DNA from: Candidatus Krumholzibacteriia bacterium
GTDB taxonomy: Bacteria > Krumholzibacteriota > Krumholzibacteriia > JAJRXK01
DNA: 64,000 nucleotides
Direction of reading: 5' to 3'
NCBI GenBank assembly: GCA_041484665.1
Contig: JBGPIA010000001.1
Location: 640,001-704,000 of the forward strand
In this document: positions 58,054 to 64,000 of the stretch, piece after piece
Layout of the letters: each line of letters starts with the position of its first letter
Numbering within the stretch: the first letter of the stretch is position 1
Position numbers and translations under genes: made by a program
The notes under the pieces: model-generated
Databases searched by the model: none
What the model saw: only the letters and a program-made list of their open reading frames with translations
Told to the model about the DNA's origin: nothing

Positions 58054-59318
58054 GCGCGGCCGGCTCCGACGACCTCTCCAGGTTCAACCTCGCGCGCGGC
58101 TTCGGCCTCGCCCCGCCGGCGGGCGGCGACCGGCTCCCGAGCGACGTGCGCGCGTGGGGGCTGGTCTCGTTCTGCTCCGATCTCGGACACGAGACGGTGA
58201 CGTCGCTCTTGCCGGCCTTCCTCGCGGGGCTGGGCGCGCCGCCGGCGTCGCTGGGCCTGATCGAGGGCGTCTCGGATGGCGCTGCGACCTTCACGAAGCT
58301 GCTGGGCGGACGGCTGGCCGACCGCTTGCGCCGCCTCAAGCCGCCGGCGATCGCGGGGTACGTTCTGACCGGGCTGGCCATGCCGGCGATCTCCATTGCC
58401 GGCGGCTGGGGCTCCGTGCTGGTGCTGCGCACGCTCGCCTGGCTGGGACGCGGGGTGCGCGCCCCGCTGCGGGACACGCTCCTGGACCGTGCCGTCGCCC
58501 CCCACCAGCGCGGGCGCGCCTTCGGGCTGGAGCGGGCGATGGATCAAGTGGGAGCGGTGGTCGCTCCCTTGACCGCCAGCCTGCTGCTCCACTTCGCTTT
58601 CGGCATACGCACGATCATGGCGTTGGCCGTGGTGCCCGGGGTCACTGCAGCGCTGATCGTGGCACTCGCCGTGCGCGAGCGGGCGCGCCCGGGCCAGCAT
58701 GGAGCGGCGCAGGCCGACGCGCCCAGCGGCGCCGGCCACCGGCCCCTGCCGGGTTCCTTCAAGCGCATGCTGGTGGCGCTGGGCGTCTTCGGCAGTGGCG
58801 ACTTCGCCAAGACGCTGCTGGTGCTGTGGGCGCTCGGGCCGGCGGCGGGCCGGCTGAACCCCGGCGCGATCAGCGTGGCGGTGCTTCTCTACGCTGGCTT
58901 CAATCTGATGACGGTGCTGGCGGCGTGGCTGGGCGGCCGCGCCTCCGACACCGTGGGGCGCAAACCCGTGCTGGTGACCGCGTATGCCGTCGGATGCCTA
59001 AGCAGCATGGTGCCCGTGCTCGCGCGGCCTTCGCTGGCGAGCGCGGCGCTCGCGCTGGGCCTGGCCGGCCTGCTGGTCGGCACGGAGGAAGCCGTGGAGC
59101 GCGCTTGGGCCGCCGATCTGACACCGCAGGGTCGGCGTGGCTGGGCGTTCGGTCTTGTGCACATGACCAACGGGATCGGTGACTTCGTCGCCTCGGTCGC
59201 GGTGGGAGCGCTGTGGACCGCCTTCGGCGCCCGGATCGCGTTCGCCACCGCCGCCGCGCTCATGGTGCTGGGCACCTTGATGACGGCGGCGGTGCCCGTC
59301 CCCCGGCGCACGGACTGA
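58050..59318 (+). CDS. MFS transporter
   Basis: GLVSFCSDLGHE, LGLIEG, GRGVRAPLRD, GRAFGLERAMD; GTGA overlap with the previous gene. Confidence 0.9.
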   Translation: MSAAGSDDLSRFNLARGFGLAPPAGGDRLPSDVRAWGLVSFCSDLGHETVTSLLPAFLAGLGAPPASLGLIEGVSDGAATFTKLLGGRLADRLRRLKPPAIAGYVLTGLAMPAISIAGGWGSVLVLRTLAWLGRGVRAPLRDTLLDRAVAPHQRGRAFGLERAMDQVGAVVAPLTASLLLHFAFGIRTIMALAVVPGVTAALIVALAVRERARPGQHGAAQADAPSGAGHRPLPGSFKRMLVALGVFGSGDFAKTLLVLWALGPAAGRLNPGAISVAVLLYAGFNLMTVLAAWLGGRASDTVGRKPVLVTAYAVGCLSSMVPVLARPSLASAALALGLAGLLVGTEEAVERAWAADLTPQGRRGWAFGLVHMTNGIGDFVASVAVGALWTAFGARIAFATAAALMVLGTLMTAAVPVPRRTD

Positions 59319-59337
59319 TCGGCGTCGGCCGAATGGC

Positions 59338-61395
59338 TCAGTGCAACAACAGCAGCTTCTGCGAGCGATTGCCCTGCGCGGTGCGTAGCCGGCAGACGTA
59401 GACGCCCGCCGGGAGCCGTCGCCCCGCGTCGTCCCGGCCGTCCCACAGCAGCTGGCTTTGCCCCGCTGCGAACGGGCCGTCCCCTAGCATCCGCACGCGG
59501 CGTCCCGCTGCGTCGTACACGGCCACCTGCGCAGTCTGGTCGCGCGGCAGTACGAAGCGCACCAGGCCCCATCCGTTCGTGGGGTTGGGCTGCAGTGGCT
59601 CCAGCACCGGCGAAGTCGAGGGCGCCAGGGTTCCTCCGACGGCCACGGGGCTGCCCGCCACCCGGAACGCATCGATCGCGGGCACGCTCAACCAGTTCCC
59701 TGCCGACGTGAGCGCGCGCGCCTCCAGCGTGTAGACCCCATCGGGCAAGGGCGGCGCGGTCCACGTGAACGCCTCGTCGTAGCCGCCGAAGGCCCCGTCG
59801 TCGGGCGTCGCGCTGAGCCATGGCCAGTTCACAATCCGGCACTGCACGTCGGCAATCGTGACCAGCGTCATTCCGTGAGGCGCGGGCGCGTAGTGCGAAT
59901 TGGGATTGGCGTTGGGAAGGGTGGCGACATGGGCCTGGCCGGTCCAGGTCGGCGTGGCATCGGAGGTCGGGTCGGGCACGAGCGGGTTCAGCGTCACCAG
60001 CGGCTCGGTGTCGAGGATGTCGAGGATGCCGTCGCCATCGGTGTCCCGCCAGCCGATCTGCCTGCGGGACGACGTGCACACGGCGGTGGAGTCGTTCTGG
60101 TTCATCAGGCACACGACGCTCGAGCTGGCGTTGTCCGGGGCGCTCAGGTAGCCCGACCACTGCTGAATGCCTTCGTACTCATCGGTGGCGAAGAAGATGT
60201 GCCCTATCTCGTGCATGGGCACCACACCGTAGTAGCGCTGCCAGTTGTAGGCCCACGTGGAGTAGCGCGCCATGTAGACCCACGGGCCGCCGTAGTAGGC
60301 CCAGGCGTAGCCGCCACCCGAGAACAGCCCCTGGTTGACCGCGGGATCGCTGTCGACGATCACGATGGAGAAGCACCAGTTCGTGTTGAAGGCGTCGCGG
60401 ATCGAGTTGTTGTAGGCAAACCCTTTCTCGAAGCCATTGGCGCCGCTGAATCCCGCGGCGGTCAGCACCTCGTCCATCCAGGTCTTGTCCCACGACTGCG
60501 GGTGCTGGATCGGGACTCCGCTCACGGGCACGTCGGTGTGGACATCCACCACGAACGTCAGGGCGGCTGCGGGACCGCCCTTGCGCACCCAGTTGTCCAG
60601 GCTCGCCATCACGCCGGCCAGCGTCTGGTCCTTCTCCTGCTGCGTCCAATCGTACTGCGAGCCGGCGGCCTCCAGCAGCCAGACGCCCACGGCGCTCGTG
60701 CCCATGAAGAACTCGCTCGTGTCGTAGTACTGGGCGCCATAGGGCAGACGGGCGGAAGTCTTGCCCTGCGCGCGAGGTGGCGATGGCCCCAACGCCACGG
60801 GAAGGGGTCCGGCGTCGGGGAAGGGTGGGCGGCCGCCGTCGTCCGGAACCGGGGGGTGCGGCGCCGCGCTCGCTGTCGCGTCTGCTTGCGTCGTCGAGGG
60901 AGCCGCCGGAAAGACTCCCGACGCGCGCCACTGCACCGCGAGGCTCCACGCCCGGGTGGCGAGCGCGGTCTGCGGTTCCATCGCCACGGCGATCGCCCCG
61001 TTCGCAAGCGCCGCGCTCGCCATCGCCACGTTCGCCGGCGCAGCACCGGCAGAGCCGGATGCGCCGGCTGGGGCTCGCTGGACGCGTGCGATCCAGCGGC
61101 GCAACGGCGGCGCCGCGAGCACTGCGTCGGTGGCGTAGACGACCGCCACCCGGGGGGGCCAGACGACCGACGCGTGGCCGCCCACGGACTCCAACGCGTC
61201 GGCGAACGCCCGCGCGTCGCCGGGAGCGTCCTCGCGCAGCACGACGAAGGCGCAGGAAGCGTCATCCCACGGGGCATCCGCCGCGCCGCAGCGCAAAGCA
61301 AAGGCCGCGCCGACCGCGGTGAGCAAGGCAACCCCGCCGTAGACGGCCAAGGCCAGCCTCAGCCTGGCGAGCGTGGCACATTGCGTGTGCCTCAT
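59338..61395 (-). CDS. Secreted zinc metalloprotease (metzincin-like) with FlgD-Ig C-terminal domain
   Basis: Signal peptide; HEIGHIFFATDEY, downstream CLM Met-turn; QPNP..VYDAAGRRVR..WDGRD..AGVY. Confidence 0.85.
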   Translation of the reverse strand: MRHTQCATLARLRLALAVYGGVALLTAVGAAFALRCGAADAPWDDASCAFVVLREDAPGDARAFADALESVGGHASVVWPPRVAVVYATDAVLAAPPLRRWIARVQRAPAGASGSAGAAPANVAMASAALANGAIAVAMEPQTALATRAWSLAVQWRASGVFPAAPSTTQADATASAAPHPPVPDDGGRPPFPDAGPLPVALGPSPPRAQGKTSARLPYGAQYYDTSEFFMGTSAVGVWLLEAAGSQYDWTQQEKDQTLAGVMASLDNWVRKGGPAAALTFVVDVHTDVPVSGVPIQHPQSWDKTWMDEVLTAAGFSGANGFEKGFAYNNSIRDAFNTNWCFSIVIVDSDPAVNQGLFSGGGYAWAYYGGPWVYMARYSTWAYNWQRYYGVVPMHEIGHIFFATDEYEGIQQWSGYLSAPDNASSSVVCLMNQNDSTAVCTSSRRQIGWRDTDGDGILDILDTEPLVTLNPLVPDPTSDATPTWTGQAHVATLPNANPNSHYAPAPHGMTLVTIADVQCRIVNWPWLSATPDDGAFGGYDEAFTWTAPPLPDGVYTLEARALTSAGNWLSVPAIDAFRVAGSPVAVGGTLAPSTSPVLEPLQPNPTNGWGLVRFVLPRDQTAQVAVYDAAGRRVRMLGDGPFAAGQSQLLWDGRDDAGRRLPAGVYVCRLRTAQGNRSQKLLLLH

Positions 61396-62801
61396 GCGGT
61401 AGACCTCCCGTCCGCGAGCCCCAGGCAACGCAGCGCCAGATCCTTCACACCGGTCATGCGCAGGCCGGGCTGGGCCAAGGCGTGCTGCGGCGCGATCAGC
61501 ACCGGCCCATCCATCGCATCGGCCGGGTCCGTACCGTGGCTGCCGCGGACGGGCGAGGGATCCAGTCCGATCACGTCCATGCGGTAGCGCAGGCCGAGCG
61601 TTTTCTGCACCAGGCGCAGCCCTGCGCGCGCCCTCACGCCCGAGGCGTGCGGATCCAGGAACAGCTCCATCGGATCGTAGCCCGGCTTGCGGTGGATCTC
61701 CACGGTGCGGGCGAAGTCGGGCGCCCGGCGGTCATCGAGCCAGTAGGGGTACGCGAACCAGGCGTCGCGGGCGCTGAAGGCCACGATCTCCCCGGCGCGC
61801 TCGTGGTCGAGTCCGGCCGCGGCGCGCTGCGCGCCGACCAGCACGCGCTCCACGCCGTCGAGGGCCGCGATCGTCTCGGCGACGCGAGGGACCAGTCCGG
61901 GTTCGCTCACGTAGACGTGGGCGGCTTGGTGATCGCAGACGGCGAAGGCCTGGCTGTTGAATGTGTCGAGCACCTCCCCGAACGGGCCGTCGCGCACGGC
62001 CAGCCAGCCGCTCTGGCGCAGCGCGCGGTTCAGCAGGACGGTCCTGCGCACCGGCATGAGGCCGTACTCGCTCACGACGATGGGAGTGGCGCCGGTCTGC
62101 TTCGCCGCATCGAGGATCAACCCGACACAGTCGTCCACCTCACGCAGGCACCGCGCGACGCCGGGCACGTCGGGGCCGAAGCGCTGCAGGTCGTAGTCGA
62201 GGTGCGGGAGGTAGACCAAGGTCAGCGTCGGCCGCTTCGTGAGCATCGTCTGCGTCGCCGCGAGCGTGATCCACTCGGTGCTGGGCAGCCCCGCCTTCGG
62301 TCCCCAGAACGAGAAGAACGGAAACGCCCCCAGCTCCTGCTCCATCTCCTCGCTGAAGCCCTCCGGCGTGCCGTGGATGCCAAACGCCTTCGAGCCATCG
62401 CTGCCGTAATGGGGTTTGGGCGTGAGCGACCAGTCGACCGGCGCACCTTGATTGAACCACCAGAAGAGCTTGGCGCAGGTGAAGTGCTCGCCGCGCGCCG
62501 CGGCCAGGCGGCGCGCCGCGGCGTACAGCGTCTCGGCCTGGATCAGTCGGTTGCTCTGCTGCCAGAAGCGGACCTCCATGGTGTCGCGGTAGAGCCAGCC
62601 GTTGGCGACGATCCCATGGCGCGACGGCAGCTCGCCGGTGAGCAGACTGGCCTGCGCCGTGCACGTGACCGCGGGTAGCACGCCCGCCAGCGGGAGCGCG
62701 GCCCCGGTGGCGGCAAGTTTGCACAGGTGCGGGGTGTCGGGGCCGAGATGGCGGGGCGTCAGGCCCACAATGTCGATGAGGCAGACCGGGTGCAGCGGCA
62801 T
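61392..62801 (-). CDS. Alkaline phosphatase superfamily nucleotide pyrophosphatase/phosphodiesterase (EboF-like)
   Basis: DIVGLT, PAVTCTAQ..LTG..PSRHGIVANGW, YLPHLDYDLQRFGP, SEYG, DHQ.AHVY, HRKPGYDP, RGSHG. Confidence 0.9.
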   Translation of the reverse strand: MPLHPVCLIDIVGLTPRHLGPDTPHLCKLAATGAALPLAGVLPAVTCTAQASLLTGELPSRHGIVANGWLYRDTMEVRFWQQSNRLIQAETLYAAARRLAAARGEHFTCAKLFWWFNQGAPVDWSLTPKPHYGSDGSKAFGIHGTPEGFSEEMEQELGAFPFFSFWGPKAGLPSTEWITLAATQTMLTKRPTLTLVYLPHLDYDLQRFGPDVPGVARCLREVDDCVGLILDAAKQTGATPIVVSEYGLMPVRRTVLLNRALRQSGWLAVRDGPFGEVLDTFNSQAFAVCDHQAAHVYVSEPGLVPRVAETIAALDGVERVLVGAQRAAAGLDHERAGEIVAFSARDAWFAYPYWLDDRRAPDFARTVEIHRKPGYDPMELFLDPHASGVRARAGLRLVQKTLGLRYRMDVIGLDPSPVRGSHGTDPADAMDGPVLIAPQHALAQPGLRMTGVKDLALRCLGLADGRSTA

Positions 62802-63151
62802 GGTGCGACCGTACACCACCGCTCGCACGCGGGCAAAGGCCGCGACGTCGGCGCCCGGCAAGCGGCTGGGCAGTGTCGCACGCGGCCTGCCGCACGGCAG
62901 GGGCGCGTCCCCGCGCGACTATCCGCTGCCAACTCATTGCGGGGCTTCATCTTAAGACTGTTCCGCCAAACCGCTTCCGGGTCGGGGCGCACGCACGTGC
63001 CGTTCACCTGTCGCGCGGCGGCCCCCGGGCGTGGACCGCGCGCGCGCGTTGCCTATACTGATGCAGATGTCCCCAACCAGAGCCTGGCGACTGCATCCGG
63101 CAAGCTGGGCGCAACGGGCCGATCTCGGCGAAGAAAGCGAGCCCCAGTCTC

Positions 63152-64000
63152 ATGGACCGCGAGCAGATCCAGGCCATCCGCACCCTTTACGAGAGCCTGC
63201 CCCGGCTGCACGAGGAGGGTCGCAAGGTCTTCGGACGGCCGCTGACGTTGGCCGAGAAGATCCTCTACAGCCATCTCTACGACCGCTCGTCGGCGCCGCA
63301 GCGCGGCAAGACGGTGGCCGACCTGCGTCCCGATCGGGTCACGATGCAGGACGCCACCGCCCAGATGGCCCTCTTGCAGTTTGCCAGTGCGGGCAAGAAC
63401 CGCGTCGCGCTGGCGACGACCGTGCACTGCGACCACCTGATCCGCGCACGGGTAGGTGCCGGCGCCGACCTCGACGTCGCCAATAATGAGAACCGCGAGG
63501 TCTACGAGTTCCTGCGCACGGTTTCGGCCAAGTACGGCATCGGCTTCTGGCAGCCCGGCGCCGGGATCATCCATCAGGTCGTGCTGGAGAACTATGCGGC
63601 GCCGGGCCTGCTCGTGATCGGCACCGACAGCCACACGCCCAACGGCGGCGGATTGGGCATGCTGGCGATCGGCGTGGGCGGGGCCGACGCGGTCGACGCG
63701 ATGGTCGGCTTCCCGTGGCAGGTGGTGTGGCCGAAGCTGGTCGGTGTGCGGCTGACGGGCGCGCTGAGCGGCTGGACCTCCCCCAAGGACGTCATCCTCA
63801 AGCTCGCCGGGCTGCTCACCGTCAAGGGCGGCACCGGGAGGATCATCGAGTACTTCGGGCCGGGTTGTGCCAACATCTCCTGCACGGGCAAGGCCACCAT
63901 CTGCAACATGGGCGCCGAGCTGGGCGCCACCACCAGCGTGTTCCCCTTCGACGAGCGGATGGCCACCTATCTGCGCGCCACCGAGCGCGGTGAGATCGCG
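63152..64000 (+). CDS. Aconitate hydratase, mitochondrial type (5' part; runs off the window)
   Basis: Not in the ORF track. [82 protein letters not shown]. Confidence 0.96.
   Translation, partial: MDREQIQAIRTLYESLPRLHEEGRKVFGRPLTLAEKILYSHLYDRSSAPQRGKTVADLRPDRVTMQDATAQMALLQFASAGKNRVALATTVHCDHLIRARVGAGADLDVANNENREVYEFLRTVSAKYGIGFWQPGAGIIHQVVLENYAAPGLLVIGTDSHTPNGGGLGMLAIGVGGADAVDAMVGFPWQVVWPKLVGVRLTGALSGWTSPKDVILKLAGLLTVKGGTGRIIEYFGPGCANISCTGKATICNMGAELGATTSVFPFDERMATYLRATERGEIA

Noticed and set aside
63032..63059. Possible sigma70 promoter for aconitase (TGGACC-N16-TATACT)
   Set aside because: Plausible but a single weak match with no independent support

Overview
High-GC bacterial chromosome segment. 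Five secreted proteins carry a C-terminal FlgD-Ig/T9SS-like domain, which suggests an FCB-related lineage such as Eisenbacteria, Krumholzibacteriota or Latescibacterota (inference). Left part (1-27.7 kb): metabolic and transport genes plus a compact module of a TPR-CHAT protease, an ECF sigma factor, a zf-HC2 anti-sigma, two paralogous phage-fibre-like proteins with C-terminal autocleaving-chaperone-like domains, and a small FlgD-Ig putative anchor. A repeated GTGA-N16-GTCTCYCT motif, a candidate ECF promoter, sits upstream of the sigma gene and of both fibre genes. Middle part (about 27.7-56.6 kb): a decaying copper/heavy-metal island with CusCBA-like and CzcCBA-like RND pumps, CopA, DUF3347, DUF302, a copper radical oxidase, a Cyc2-like cytochrome-porin, and transposase/integrase scars. 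It has three sigma54-type promoters sharing an upstream palindrome, and a reciprocally decayed operon duplication that carries a His-less pseudo-histidine kinase and a His-F8-less globin. Right part: two MFS transporters, a secreted metalloprotease, an EboF-like phosphodiesterase and the start of a mitochondrial-type aconitase. No rRNA, tRNA or CRISPR array was seen. All calls come from manual motif reading; no searches were run.
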